The position numbers and the translations under genes are program-made. This document shows, piece after piece, positions 40,711 through 54,890 of a stretch of DNA of 64,000 bases (position 1 is its first letter; each line of letters begins with the position of its first letter). The notes below the pieces were generated by a model. That model saw only the letters and a program-made list of their open reading frames with translations. It was not told the DNA's origin and searched no databases. The DNA comes from Camelus ferus (taxonomy: Eukaryota), in the NCBI RefSeq assembly GCF_009834535.1, contig NC_045697.1, positions 83,578,001-83,642,000 on the forward strand, read 5' to 3'.

Positions 40711-41667
40711 ATGTTACTGACAGAGCTGATGGAATAATAATAACAATCTTCAGAAGTAGAAATCAGTAAATTCACAGATTGAACTTGCAGTAAGCTCAGC
40801 ACTAACATTCTCTTCATTTAGTTTGACCTTGAGCTTATCACCTCCTGGACACAAACAGATAACCCCCAAAAGAAACATAACTACACATTTTAGTAGGTTA
40901 AAGTTGGTGATTACAGAATTATCATTGCATATTATTTTGCAGTTAAGATTAAAAAAGACATATTTTTTATCTTAAACATGATGAAACATCACAAAATGTT
41001 AGCCCCTGGAAAGACATGCAACTTCCCTGCTAATTTAATCCCTTATATTTAAACTGAAATCATTATTATTTTAGGTGAAACCACTTTTTTCCTAGAACAA
41101 CAGTCAAAAAGAATACCCTCACTTTAGCCTCATACTAAATAAGCAAGTTTGTTTAACTGCTCAAATTTACAGTAATAATTGAATAGAAATAGAGTGTTGT
41201 CCTATTTGCCTATTCCTGAAATAGTTTTAAGGGTGCTGTTAATTCTTTACATAATATGTACGTTGTAGTTAAAGTTAAGGACATTCTAGATACATCCTGC
41301 ACAGTAAGTTTGGTTTAAGTACCATAGACCAAAAGCAGATTTCCCTAACGTAGTAATTCACTCTCATTTTACCCTTTTGTTCTAATTTACTGCTTTTTGG
41401 CATCAGAGTCTGTAATGTTATAGTTTTACACATACATTTACTGATCTTTGAAGGCAGCTGAAAGGAATCTACTATCTCTTTAAATAGTATTATTACTGTG
41501 AGATCCATATCCCTTTGAAGCACAGCAGGAAAGCTTAAACAGAGTTACTTAGAATAAAAATTTGACACCTTATATTTCACTTACTTACTGAATGCTGAGA
41601 GTGTATCTTCTTTTATGTTAGCGGGAAGCACAGTCTCTGCCCAACGCTCACTGTTTTAAAACAGATA

Positions 41668-41690
41668 CCACACACACACACACACACACA
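41668..41690. repeat. (CA)n microsatellite, about 11 units
   Basis: Seen directly. Confidence 0.9.
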
Positions 41691-41985
41691 AAATTAAGAC
41701 ACAGACATGCCAACTGCAGAAAATATATTAAACCCTCAGTGCTGTGAGGCTGTTAACCCATAATGGAAATGTCACCCCTCCCCCACTGCCTCAGTAGACA
41801 CTCAGCTTCAGGATGGAAAAGAGTTATTTGAAATCTTCCATGAAGCCACTTCAAGGCTTGCATTTAAAAGAAGGAGCCACATACCCTTGTTTCCTTGGAT
41901 CGTTTTTCAAGGACAGAAGATGAAACACTCTAGTACACAATGGGCACTCACAAAAAATACATCTCTGCATTCTTCTCCTGTTTAG

Positions 41986-42082
41986 AATCCCTGTGATGAC
42001 AAACGCCACAGAGACATTTGGTCTAAAGAAAAAACCTGCGATCGCTTACCAAAATTCTTGGTAATAGGACCCCAGAAAACTG
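41986..42082 (+). CDS. NDST3: NDST3 internal exon, start of sulfotransferase domain with 5'-PSB loop (97 nt, phase 0-1)
   Basis: Acceptor ctcctgtttag|AAT, donor ACTG|gtgaga; translates [32 protein letters not shown](G); GPQKTGT is the PAPS 5'-phosphosulfate-binding motif. Confidence 0.96.
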
Positions 42083-43334
42083 GTGAGAACTTTTTATGTT
42101 ATGATTAACCAAACAGTGTAAAAATCTTGATGACTGGACAATGAGTTCTTGTCACAATGACATCTCAAACTTCCTATAAACATTGATGAATGTGTAACAC
42201 ATTTTATTCTCTAATATAATCTTCATTGAGCTCAATAATGTGCTTAAAGGCTTGCCAAAGTTTTCAAGTAGAAAGGATAAAAATAGATGTCACACAGTTT
42301 GAATATCCAGCAGTCAATTTGGTGGCAAATATTATTTTTTCCCCAAAGATCTTAATTGAAAAGTGTTGTTATTAACATTTCTAAAATCAAAACTAATCAT
42401 GTGTTTGGAGAGTGACTGGCAAGATTTCATCAAAAGTCAAGATGGAGACATAATAAATACCTCTGACTCGTCCAGAACTTTAGCCTCTTTCTAGCATTTT
42501 CCTGATATGGTTTATTTCTAAACTATTTCTTGCAGGGATGACTATTTTCTAGAAGTCTGTAAAGGTTGTTTGACAAGCAGAATTCCCAGACATAAACAAA
42601 ACTTTGCACTAAGAAAGGTATTTATCCATCCCCAGGAGAAATCTTTTACACATTTTCTTAAACTAGTGTGCAATTTTTTCCCCATAAACTTCTTGTTTCT
42701 GTAAGAATCAGTATTAAAATGAAGCCCAGCAGAAGCTTTAAAATGCCAGGCATTCATGCTGTAGCCCGCATGGTAAATTATTTGGGGCTCTCCATTTCTA
42801 GCTTCACAGAAAACAGTCATTTCACCACATCCCTTCCAAAGGGGAATACACTCCCTTTCCTCATTTCTTTAGACATAATTGGGGAGAATTCTATGTAACA
42901 CAGACAGTAAGTTTAGCCAGTTCATTTTCATAGTCCCATTTACAAATATCAATCTGAAAACAATAATAAACATGGCAAACACTTTTCTTGTCCTTATTTC
43001 ACTTGTCCTTATTTATTTAAAGTCAAGGAGCAACTAGAAAAACATTTAAACTGAAGTCTCCTCTGTGAACTCCCACTGTCATCACATTGCTCTGTCGTTA
43101 ATGAGCATCTTCTCTGAAGCTTGGCATGTCAAGTTTGCTACAGAAAGCCCTGCAGGATAGGCTTCCTCTGGTGTTGCGCCAGATATGCAGATATGTTAAT
43201 ATCACGGTTGGATGGCAGAATTAGTACTTGTCATCTGAAACTCAACTGGGTTTCCAAATGTTTGTTCCAATTTGTATATGATGTTTACCTTTGGAAGGGA
43301 ATTTTTACCTCCTTTTTATAGAAACTGAATTTTT

Positions 43335-43670
43335 CCCCAGTTTTCTAGAGGTATAATTTACATGCAATGAAATTCATTCATTTTAAATGCACAGCTTGAT
43401 GAATTTTGGAAATTGTACACAGTGGTGTAACCACTACAATACTCAAGGTTTAAAACACTTTTGTCTCCCTAAAAAGTTTCTCCATGTCTTTTTCCAATAA
43501 ATTCCCCACCCCAATCTCAGTCACAGACAACTTTCTGCTACTATAGTTCTGCCTTTTCTAGAATTTCACATATACGGAAGCATGAAGTGTGTAATCTTTT
43601 GTGTTTGATTTCTCTCACTTAGCATAATGCTTTTGAGATTCATCTATATTGTTGTACATATTGATATTTT
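43335..43670 (-). mobile_element. Old L1 (L1MB/ME-like) 3' fragment, antisense
   Basis: gaggtataatttacatgcaatgaaattc...gccttttctagaatttcacata...ctcacttagcataatgcttttgagattcatc. Confidence 0.75.
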
Positions 43671-44595
43671 ATGAGATTATTTTTAAATAGACAAAAATAT
43701 CTTCTTATATCAGTTCCATAAAAATTAAAGAGCTTCATTTTTAACTTTAGTTTTGCCAAAAGTATTTTTCTGAATAATGTTGCATAGATGTATAATCATC
43801 TGGATATCCAAATTTTTCACTGTTGAAATTAACAGAAATATAAAAACTCAAGCATTTTTTTGAATGTGTTTGTCTATGATTATGTAGTTGAGACACACAC
43901 ACAGGACAGTTTATTCAGACCCAAGAATATGTGTAGGTAAAGACAGAATTCAGAAACCACAACTTAATTTTTTTTCACAGCTTAATTTTTTGACCACTGA
44001 TAATTTACAGTATACCTTTTACTGATTATGCAAATGATTAGATCATATTCATTTTCCATTTGTCTTATTAATGTTCATCATGCTATTAAAAGAGCAAACA
44101 ACATAATCTAAGACAGTTCTTAAAAATAAAATTCAGAAAAGAATGTTATCAGTAGATCTAAGAAAGGAATTTATCTCCTTTTCTCTCACTGTAATAGCTA
44201 TTCTATCTTTACAAACAATATTCTTTTCCATTTTTAAAATGCATTACTGAATTTCATCTCATTAAAATTGTAATTTTAAAAAATACCTCACTAATATTCA
44301 GATATGGAGCTATTTAGATCCTTTCACATAGATTATCTCACTTGACCCTAGAAAAACACTGATAGCTAAGTATTTTCTTCCCCATTACACAAATAAGAAA
44401 ACTAAGACTCAGGTTAGATACTTTTCGTTCAAGTTCACACAACTGGTAAGTGCTAGAAATAAAACCCCTGATCCTAGAAGTTACCTGACTCTAAAGATCA
44501 TGCTCTAGAAAGCTTTATTGTACTATGGATTTTAAGTAATGGAACATTTTTGTTTCCCAGTAAGTTTTGGATTTTGTCCCACATTTCTGCTAAGT

Positions 44596-44704
44596 CAAGG
44601 ATTCTCAAACTGTGCTAAATCAGAAACTCTGGGATAGGGCCCAGTTCTCTGTATTAACAGCCCTCCAGGTGAACCTGATCCATGCTAAAGTTTGAGAACC
44701 ACTG
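44596..44704. mobile_element. MER5A-like hAT-Charlie MITE
   Basis: Terminal inverted repeats caaggattctcaaact / agtttgagaaccactg; internal ccctccaggtga. Confidence 0.75.
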
Positions 44705-45584
44705 TTTTAAGTCAAGCTTGTGAAGAACATTTTACTTCTTTATCGTGGATTGCTATGTTTCATTCCCTATAATTATCCATGATCATAGATAGAATGTTCA
44801 TTGTTTGGCTCAGATATAATCTAGGAACACTGCCTCTTCCACCTCATTGTTTTAGACGATACTGCTGTTGACGGAGTTATTTTAACAATTTTTTGTTGTT
44901 GTATTGATACGGTAGATATAAGTACAGAACTAAACAAAGCTTATCAGACTGATGAGAAAATTTAAAATTTGGTACAGATAGCAGCAAAATACTAAAACTA
45001 AGCAAAGTTAGAACAGTAATTTCTCCAAGTGAGAGATCTATTATAAGGCCATTGCTAGCTGTTGACCTGGAAGGCAATTAACACGTCCTGCTCCACCAGA
45101 TTGTATAAGAATGTAAATCACGTTAAAGTAGAGAAGTGGAAACAGAGGGTATATTTCTCCCTCAGGGATACTGAATACATAGAGTAGAAATTTTTTATTA
45201 TGATCTTATAAACACAGTTACAGTTGCAAGCATCTGGTTAAGCACCTAAACTCAGACTGCCTTAATCTCTCCTGTAGCAATATGACTAAGTTACAACCTT
45301 TTGCTTGTAATTTAGGCTCTAAAACACTAATTTAACAATTTAATACATTGCTCACTTTAAAAAAAATCACACCCTTGTTCTCCAATTAGTCACAAATCTA
45401 TATGGGTACCTGTGATATGCCATTCTGTTTCCAAAAATGCAAATTTTGTTAATTATGTCACTAAAAAAGGGCACCAATTTTTTTTCAAATTTATCAATTT
45501 AAACAATTTTGACACTACTTTTTATAGGTATGTAAGTATATTCACAGTTAAACTTGCTGAAAGTTTAAATTCTGTCTCAAATTC

Positions 45585-45789
45585 AACAAGCTTAGTATTG
45601 TATAGCACAGAAAACTATAGTCAATATCTTGCAGTAACCTATAATGAAAAAGATTATGAAAATGAATATACGTATGTATGTCTATGACTGAACTATTATG
45701 CTATATCCCAGAAACTGCCACAACACTGTAAACTGACTATACGTCAATGTAAAAAATAAATAAATACAACAAATGAAAATGAAAAAAAA
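45585..45789 (+). mobile_element. Lineage L1 3' tail fragment
   Basis: tgtatagcacagaaaactatagtcaatatcttgcagtaacctataatgaaaaag...gtaaactgactatac followed by an A-rich tail. Confidence 0.88.
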
Positions 45790-46284
45790 TGTTAATAAGC
45801 TTTCATAGGCCTAGGAAGAACTTCATAGGGGAACCCAAGTATTAATTTGATAATATAATCTTATATTAAATAATGATAGCTTTCATTTATATGATGCTTT
45901 ATTAATATCAAAATATATTTAAGTACAGTATGTCTCTTCGTCCTCAGAGAAAGCCTAGGAAATAAGCACAGCAGGTGATTTTCCACTAATAAGCCAAGAC
46001 AGAAAAGCTAAAAGCTAAAGTCACAGACCAAGTCAGTGACTGAGCTGAGGTCCAAAGCAGTCCTCCCAGTTCCTGCAACAGGCCTCTTTTCACATCACAC
46101 TATCCCTGTATTTTAGAATTCACTTCTTTTAAATGCTGGTTATCTATTCAATTTAATTCAAGGGGTACTTATATGTATCTGTTTGGATCATTGTAATATT
46201 TAGCTTATTAATGACTTTGAAATGCTAATAGTAGGACACTGTGTTTTCATTTAATTAATCTCCAAACCTCTGTTGTCTTTTCAG

Positions 46285-46408
46285 GAACCACTGCTTTGTA
46301 TTTGTTCCTGGTTATGCATCCTTCCATCCTTAGTAACTCCCCCAGCCCAAAAACCTTTGAGGAGGTACAGTTCTTTAATAGAAATAACTACCACAGGGGG
46401 ATTGATTG
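46285..46408 (+). CDS. NDST3: NDST3 internal exon, sulfotransferase domain (124 nt, phase 1-2)
   Basis: Acceptor gtcttttcag|GA, donor TG|gtaaga; translates (G)[40 protein letters not shown](W). Confidence 0.96.
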
Positions 46409-49400
46409 GTAAGATGGGTTATTAGTATAAATCTAAAAGTATATGTACTGTGCACAGTATAAAATTAGCGCTAATATTTAATATAAGCATACAAGTTTGT
46501 AGCCACAAATAAGCGTTATCCTCTGCACCTCGAAAACTGATGGAATAACATGAAGGAGCACAAAAATTATTCATAACAAACTTTTCTCAGTTTATGAAGG
46601 GACTTGTCGCCTCAAAAGACTTACATGGAATTTCAATTTGCATTAATTATCTTTGATGGTAATCACAGATATAAAGTCAGAGAAATACCTAATACCTAGG
46701 AATTTCATTCCTCTCTACTCTTAAGAAAGCACTTTCATAGCTTTCTGTTCTTGTGCCCTTTGCATTAAAGTGATGCTACAATTCACATACAGAATTGTCT
46801 ACTTTGCTTTGGTACAAAAGGTCAATAAACAGAACTAGACATATGTAGGTATTTCATGAGTAGTAGAAGCTATCAAAAAGCTATCAACACTATACAAAAT
46901 TTAATTTTTGGCCTTGAAATTAGAAATACATCAACCATCTTAGGAGAAGAGTTAAATTAAAATTAAAAGTTAAAATGTCAAATATACACAAAACATATTA
47001 ATACAGTAGGAAGAGGTGTGGCAAACAAACATGTTAGTCATAAATGTACCTAGAAGTCTTTCTGTTAAGGTATAAATTCTGGGCAGAAAGTGGTATAAAA
47101 GAGTAAATTCTTATAATAATTCTAGAGTATGAGCATAAACATTTTGCATGTAGTTTAGCAGAAAGGTGTTCTATATTAGCCCCTCTTGTCAAATTGTATG
47201 ATCTCTATTTTATACATATCAACCCCTTCAAGGTTTGCTTGTCAGTAGTCCAAATGCAAAGCTAAAGAAGTGGATTGAGTATAATCTGAGTACCTACTAG
47301 GATTTACGTACATTTTAATTGTTATGTATTTCCGCGCCAGTTTTTCAGGACAGTGCTTGACACTGATTAATTGGGTGGTGTTAAGCAACAGCTGTGAGAA
47401 CCAAGAAACCATCAACTGCTTCAGCTGCTGTTTGCCCACTGACTCAAATATATATGCTTGTATATAGTAGAATAAAATGACGTTAACATCAGGACTAAAG
47501 GGGGTGATTAAAACCTGCTTTAGAAGTGGAGAGGAATGCAATGCTACTTGGATTCCCTAGGACTTAAGAATATCTCTGAGAATATTCAATTTTTTTTAAA
47601 AAGCTGTTCATAAGCCAGTGTATAGGCACTGTAACAGGAACAAAAAGTCCTTTAAGCAGTTTACAAAGAAATGGCATAAGTACGTTGAAAGCAAAGGAGC
47701 AATGAAAGATTTTAATTACAAATCAGTAAAAACATCCCAACTGCAAATACTTTTGATTGACAAATTATATGTTTAATAAAAGGCAATTAACACGAATAAC
47801 AAGTAATAGTAACTGCAAATGTCAGTCTATTAGCAATAACTACAGCTTTGCTCTCAAGGACATCAAATGTATCCACTGTCCTCTGGCTGGCCTTGCCTCT
47901 CTATGAAGCATCAGCCCCTCAGCAGTCCCTTTAGGACCACAGAGCCACAGGGTTGGATATTACGTGTCTCTGTGTATCAGGGCCACTTACAGAATTAGCC
48001 TAGGCACAGTTAATCTGGAGACAAGGATCTGTTCTTGGAGAATGGGGTAGAATCAGGGCTGCCTTAACTAACAGGCAGCTTAAACACAGGGTTAGGGCAC
48101 CAGCAAAGCAGGGCAAATGAAAATGAGAAAACTCCATCTTAGATAAAATAGCTAAGATTTGTGATCAGGATTCCTAAGAAAATGTTTGTTTGATGTGAAC
48201 AGTTAAATTTTCTATTTTTACAGTTTGGTATTATTTTTTATAATTACATGGGGATGCAGTGGCAGGTTGGAGGGATATATAGAGAGCCATCAAATCCTGT
48301 TAACATTTAGGACCTCTAAACATCTTAATCCGGCTTTGAGTAAAATCACTTGGAAATACAGGGTCAACCTAAGAAATAAATAAGTGTGGAATGTTACAAA
48401 AATCACATCTTTCAGTTAAAAAAAAAAATGCTGAGGTACTATGGGAGTAGCAAATGAGGCAGGCATTTAGTTTTGACACCCAAAATTTTAAACCACTCTG
48501 GTTTGCTCACCAGTTCTTTGAGCAACCTGAATTCATATTCTCCAAATGTGGACCCATTTCCGCCCTGAAGATAGGAAGCTGAACTCTTTTTATTTTCTTA
48601 TTTATTCATCAGACATTTTTCAAGAGTCTATAAGTACCAGCCACTATACTAGAAAAACATGAGCACACAAGCAGACAAGAACTGGACCCTGCTTTCTCTG
48701 TGAGCCTCTGGCCCAGGGGAAAACCAATACATTATAGGTCCAAGATCCAGAAATGCATGATGTTTTCAAGGCCTAAAGTATTGTAGATATTGAGGACTAC
48801 TGGGAACAGTTTTTTAAAATTAAAAGTTAACTGAATTCAGTACCTTCTGCCCTTCTTTTGTGATTTTTGGAGCCTCTCTCAGAATAAGCAAGATTGAGAC
48901 AAGCCTGTACCAAGTAAGATACCACCAGACATTTGGTATGACCTTAGCACCCCTGGAACCAGTGTGGGCATCTAAAAAGTATCCTAATATTTGGCACTTT
49001 CTACAAATAGAATATACACCAGAACAGACAGCAGATCAAACTTTGCAAAAATTTTTGTCCATGTCTTTACCCCAAAAGAAAAGGACTCCAGAATGACATA
49101 TCACCAATAAAGCAATTTCCAGAAAACATAAAAGGATTTCTGTACTGCCCTGAGTTTCAAGATATCACTTTGTTGTACCAGTCAAACTCTGTAATATGAC
49201 AACTGGAATCCTACTAGAAGCTTTACTATGTGACTGAAAGAAAACAGCACACTGCAAAAAGAAGTCATCACATAAATGTTAATGACTCTCATTCAGTAAT
49301 TATTGAACTACCTTATCTTCGTAGCCCAAAATCTTAGTGGCTTATGAATTGAAGAGGGTGTGGGTGGAGGGTGAGGCCATTATCATAAAATGTAAGGAAT

Positions 49401-50290
49401 ATCGAAGTTAAATTTGCATGTTCTCTCTAATAAGGCCCCTTTTCCTCTGAAAGATTTTCCTTGGTGCTTCAGAAATACCTATTATCATATGCTGAATTCA
49501 TTTATATTTGACATTTTACACAAATAGAATATTATATAAAATCTATTATGTCCTACATTTCTGAGCTTGAGGCCACAGGTATTCCTGTGTTCACTCTGCT
49601 GGTGATTTAAATTCTGACCTCAGTTAAGGATACAGGAACTGACCTTGGAAATTTTGATAGGATTTTCATCTGGAAATATGTACATACTTTTTAAAATTTA
49701 TAATTATTCTAAAGGATATAAATGGCTATACATGGAAAAAATTAACCAAATAGGCAGTGTTTATATCAGATCTGGTCTGTACTTTGGTACTTTATAGTTG
49801 AATGTAGCAGTAGCATAATACATTAGTAGGAATGAAATTATTTTACTTATGATGAATTTAAAAAAAATGTTTTGTCTAAGTTCTTTTAAAATGCCTTTGA
49901 ACTGTACATATCATTTGTTTTGATCAAGTTTTCTTTTTGGTTGAGCACTCATATTTTTCTCTGTAAAACAGTTCTGTATTTAGATCCATTTTATACAGCT
50001 AGACTGATTATTGTTGCAGTTTGATCATTCTGCATGTACATTTTCGTTCTCATACCTTTCTTCCTGATATTAAGCAGAAAAAAAAATGTATTTAGGAAAG
50101 CATTTTCAAAATACATTGTTAGTGTTCCTGTATATTTTTTCCTTGCTAATTATGTGGGACAAATGCCTTAAAGAAAAAGGCTTTTGTTTAGGAAACAAAT
50201 GAATTTGTTTGTGGGACACCTTTAACATCTTCAGTTACCAGAGTATGAATATAAACCAGAGTCTTATTTTGAGAAATATTCCTTTTCTAG

Positions 50291-50465
50291 GTATATGGAT
50301 TTCTTCCCTGTCCCATCTAATGTTACTACTGACTTTCTGTTCGAGAAGAGTGCCAATTACTTCCACTCAGAGGAAGCTCCTAAAAGAGCAGCTTCTCTGG
50401 TCCCCAAAGCCAAGATCATCACCATTCTCATTGACCCATCAGACCGAGCATATTCCTGGTACCAG
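50291..50465 (+). CDS. NDST3: NDST3 internal exon with 3'-PB motif region (175 nt, phase 2-0)
   Basis: Acceptor ccttttctag|G, donor CAG|gtaagg; translates (W)[58 protein letters not shown]. Confidence 0.96.
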
Positions 50466-50845
50466 GTAAGGAAAATACAGACAGAATACAGCATGTAGAA
50501 GCGGAGTATGGAGAAGATGGTTTTCAGCAGTAGCCACCACCTTAGGATTTAATAAAAGAGAAGATTTGCTAGTTTATATCTGCAGAAACGTGAATAATTT
50601 TTTCTCTGTTTCTGTGGTGAAACTTACTCCTTAAGTTTTTATTAATTTTGCATTTAATAAATGCAATGAAGAAATTAAAATAGAGCAAACAAAATATTAT
50701 ATACTTGTACACATATCTGTGCTTCTGTACATCTGCATTTGAAAAGTAAAATGTAACCTAAAATTATTATTTTCATCTAATATGTGTATAATGCTGCTTT
50801 TATCATCTCAGTTGACAGATGAGGAATATAACTGATTCCCCAAAG

Positions 50846-51054
50846 CAGAAGTCACAGGTTTTTTTCTGAAAAGGACCAGAGAGTAAATATTTCAGGTTTC
50901 ACAGGCCATGTGGTTTCAACTCTGCCATTTTATTGCAAAAGCAGCCATAGAAAATACTTAAATGAATGACTTTAGCTGTCTTCCAATGAAACTTTATTTA
51001 TGAAAACAAACAGCAAGCCAAATTTAGCCCATGGGCCATAGATTGATGACCTTG
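50846..51054. mobile_element. MER58A-like hAT-Charlie element
   Basis: ccagagagtaaatatttcaggtttcacaggcc...aaagcagccatagaaaatac...aactttatttatgaaaaca...gggccatagattg. Confidence 0.75.
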
Positions 51055-51137
51055 AGTCTAAAAGAACTTAAATAACTGCTTGTACTCAAGAAATAACTTA
51101 ATAGCAAAACTAAATATAAGAAAATATAGGAATTCTC

Positions 51138-51587
51138 TGAAAGAAGATGTGGTGTGTGTGCATGCACTCAAATACACACAATGGAATATTATTCAGCTGT
51201 AAAAAAGAATGAAATAATGCCATTTACAACAACATGGATGGACCTAGACATTATCATACTAAATGAAGTAAACTGGATGGAGAAAGACAAATATCATATG
51301 ATAATCACTTATATGTGGAATCTGAAACAATGACACAAATGAACTTATTTACAGAACAGATACAGACTCACAGACATAAAAAACAAACTTATGGTTACCA
51401 AAAGGGAAACAAGGGGGAGGGATAAATTAGGCATATAAGATTAACAGATACACACCACCATATATAAAATAGATAAACAATAAGGATTTACTGTATAGCA
51501 CAGGGAACTATATTTAATATCTTGTAACAGCTATAATGGAAAAGAATCTGAAAAAGAATAGATACAAAAAATAAATATATATATGAA
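51138..51587 (+). mobile_element. L1 3'UTR fragment
   Basis: aagaatgaaataatgccattt...catggatggacctagacattatcatactaaatgaagta...ctgtatagcacagggaactata. Confidence 0.88.
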
Positions 51588-52622
51588 CTTGTCATACTGA
51601 AAGCCCACCCATTGTCCCCTGTTCTAAGCCTCTTTCTTATATACTCATTGCTGTTATATTTCTGATGTTGGTCAGAACCTAGCACAGAAACAATCACTTT
51701 GAAATAATTTAACAGACTCTAATCATAATACTTGTACATTAAATACATTTTTATTTTAATAAATCATTAAAAATAACATGAAAAAACTGTCCTAGTGATA
51801 TTTTATTAATCATCAAATGGAAAAAGTTCAATAAAAAGCAGTCAGAATTAAATATAAGAACATAACAAAATTAACAGTCAGTGTCTTTAGTCTTTAGGAT
51901 CCTTAATTATCATTCGTGTTTTGTAATTTAAAAACCACCTTCCTAATGTCCATGTGTTCATCCATTCATTCAATTATTTTAATGACCTCCTTGTGCAAAG
52001 TATTGTTCTAAGTGTGATTTGAAGGTAAATTAATAAATATGGATGCGGTGCTCAAGATTGCCTTCAGTCTAATTGGAGAAATATGTAAAAATAACCAGTG
52101 TATAAATCAGAAAGTATTAAGTGACAGACTTCTACAGAGTGATAAAGCCCACCCAATAAAGACCACCAGGGACACAAGTTAGGTATATTAACAGGCTGCA
52201 GCAGAGGAGCCTGAACACTAGAACTATTGGGCATTTCCTTAAAAAAGGGAAGGATTTGTAAGGGGGAAAATTTAGGTAAAATTAAATTGGAATATTTGAT
52301 AGCGCAAGCAGGGCTGTGTGTCCAAGGGGTTATAGGGAGGTCAGGGCTGAAAAGCAGACGAAGGGTCCTATTTCCTTGGAAACTATAAAGTTAAGATAAA
52401 TGCGGAATGTTATGTCCAAAAATCTCTTATCTGAAACTGCACAGGGGTTGCAAAAAAGGCTGCTTCTCTGTATCAAAGTGACCCACAGAGCTCTGATCCT
52501 CCAGGCAAGAGCAGGAGGTTCCATCCTCACTGATTTCAAACATCTCCATCCCTGACAGTCGATATTAGAGAATAAAGTTTCTCAGCATGGGGTCCTTTTG
52601 TTATTTAACAAAAGCAGTTTTT

Positions 52623-52935
52623 CCACAGAAACAGACTCACAGATATACAGAACAAACTCATGGTTACCAGGGAAGAAAGGGGATGGGAAGGCATAAACTG
52701 GGAATTTGGGATTTGCAGATACCAACTACTACATATAAAATAGATAAACAATGAGCTTTTTCTGTATAGCACATACAATGTCTATAGTCAATATCTGGTA
52801 GTAACCTATAATAAAAAAGAATATGAAAAGGAATATATGTATGTATATGCGTGACTGAAACATTATGCTATACACCAGAAATTCACACCATATTGTAAAC
52901 TGATTATACTTAAAAAAAAATGTTTAAAAAAGAAA
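52623..52935 (+). mobile_element. Lineage L1 3' tail fragment
   Basis: aaacagactcacagat...atggttaccagg...tgtaaactgattatactt plus A-tail; candidate TSD aaaagcagttt / aaaaacagttt. Confidence 0.88.
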
Positions 52936-54208
52936 AAAACAGTTTCCCCAGGTTCACAAAAGAAAGAAGATTGTCAGGAAAGGTTTTGTGGCTGGGACAG
53001 AGTGGGAAAAGGTCATATAAAGCAAATGGGATCTTAGATAGGCATGTTGATAATACTCTGCATAACAGGGAATGAGACATCCCGGAAAGCCAAAATCACA
53101 ATTCCACACTAATCAGTCATGCCAAACTCCTGGAGCCATCAAGTCAAAAATACAGCAAATTGCAAACTGACTGATTTGATCTTGCACCTTTTACCTTTTC
53201 CACTGGGTATCTGGAGAAAAGAGAAATAAGCCCTAATTGACTCAAAGAGAAAGAAGAAAATTGGAGTGTGGCAACCACTTAGCCTTGAAAAATTGAGAAT
53301 TTGCTGAAAAAGGAATTTCAGGGCTGCAAGCTAACAAAATGTCCTAAATATTACAAATAAATCACTCCACAGTGGCAAAACGCAGGCCTTAACAAAGTTT
53401 AGTAGAGTTTGTAGTATAGTAATTTGAATCTCAATTGCGGCAAATTTGCTATTCAACTCAATGTGTTAAAAACATCCACAAACCCACCACTAAGCCTGAA
53501 TATTTATTGGTCAATTTAGGGAAAAGGTGATTTCCTCAAACCCCTGGGCCTTAGCCTGAGCTATCATGAAACACTTTCCTATTTGGATTGCTGCTTTCTG
53601 CATTTTCTGTACAATAAGTGATTCTGATTCATCGTGAAGGTTACCATTAGGTAAAATAACCTTGGCTTTTAGATGCTAGGTAGTACCTGATAAAAGCTGT
53701 GGATTTCAGATAATGAACATGTCAGAGTTTTCAGTAGTTTCTCCATTTATATGGCTGATAGGGCTTTTCTAATCTAAAACTGCATTACCAGATGGAGCAA
53801 AACTGTCTGGCAGAACTGGTAGAGTGCTCTGTGCATTAAGGATATTCACTGGACATAACAAATGATTTCTTATGGGCCGAAAAGAGGGCATTAATGCAAC
53901 TTTCAAAAGTTTACTTGCAGAATAAAATATATACACGAAGGAAATGACTCCGTAAAATTGGTGAAGGAATCCTTATCAGGAATTCCACCTCAACCAAATA
54001 GTTCTCAAAAATACATTCTCATCAGCGTCATAACTTTAAGTCCTGATGCTCCAAGCAAACATTTCCATCCTTTATTAATTGCAAAACAAGTAACTCTCCA
54101 GCAGAGAGGCACTCCTTCCTTTAGCTTTGTGACTTGTCACAGAGATTGGTTTTTAATTATTTATACCTAGGGTTCAAGTTAGTTTCATTATCCACCTTTT
54201 CATCATAG

Positions 54209-54379
54209 CATCAGCGATCACATGAAGACCCCGCAGCTCTGAAGTTCAGCTTCTACGAAGTGATCTCAGCCGGGCCCCGTGCACCCTCCGAGCTTAGAGC
54301 CTTGCAGAAGAGATGCTTGGTCCCAGGGTGGTATGCCAGCCACATCGAGAGATGGCTTGTTTATTTCCCTCCCTTTCAG
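54209..54379 (+). CDS. NDST3: NDST3 internal exon, sulfotransferase domain (171 nt, phase 0-0)
   Basis: Acceptor cttttcatcatag|CAT, donor CAG|gtattg; translates [57 protein letters not shown]. Confidence 0.95.
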
Positions 54380-54890
54380 GTATTGAGCAATAAGAATTTA
54401 CATCATGTTACAATCTCATTAAGTTGATGACTTTGCCTCTAGGAGAGAGGAAATTTTTACTCAATAAAACATTACTAGCTTTTACTCTTTAGTTGTAAAT
54501 GAGACCCTGGCAAAGAATATCGGCAGAGGTTAAAAAAAAAATAAAAAACTATCTAATTTTCTCTCTAGAAGTATTTCAGGATAATTCTCCCTGTCCTATT
54601 TTCTAGTGCATACCTTTCCTGATTGTAAAGAGATTCAGAAGCGTGATACTCCTGATTCTTATTCTGAGAATAAAGCTTGAGAATCTCTTAACAAGGCAAA
54701 CACTGTTTTGCTTAATTAAGTGCCATTATTTCCCTTTGAACCACATTGCTGAATTTTTCATAAGTCCTCTGTTTTTTTTTTTGGCTTCCCTGCTTCCCTC
54801 TTTTGCCTAGATTACAAAATTAGCCCCTACATTGGATTGCATAAAGCAGTCCAGTCACATCAGTCATGGGGTATGCCTATGTGTCTAGAG

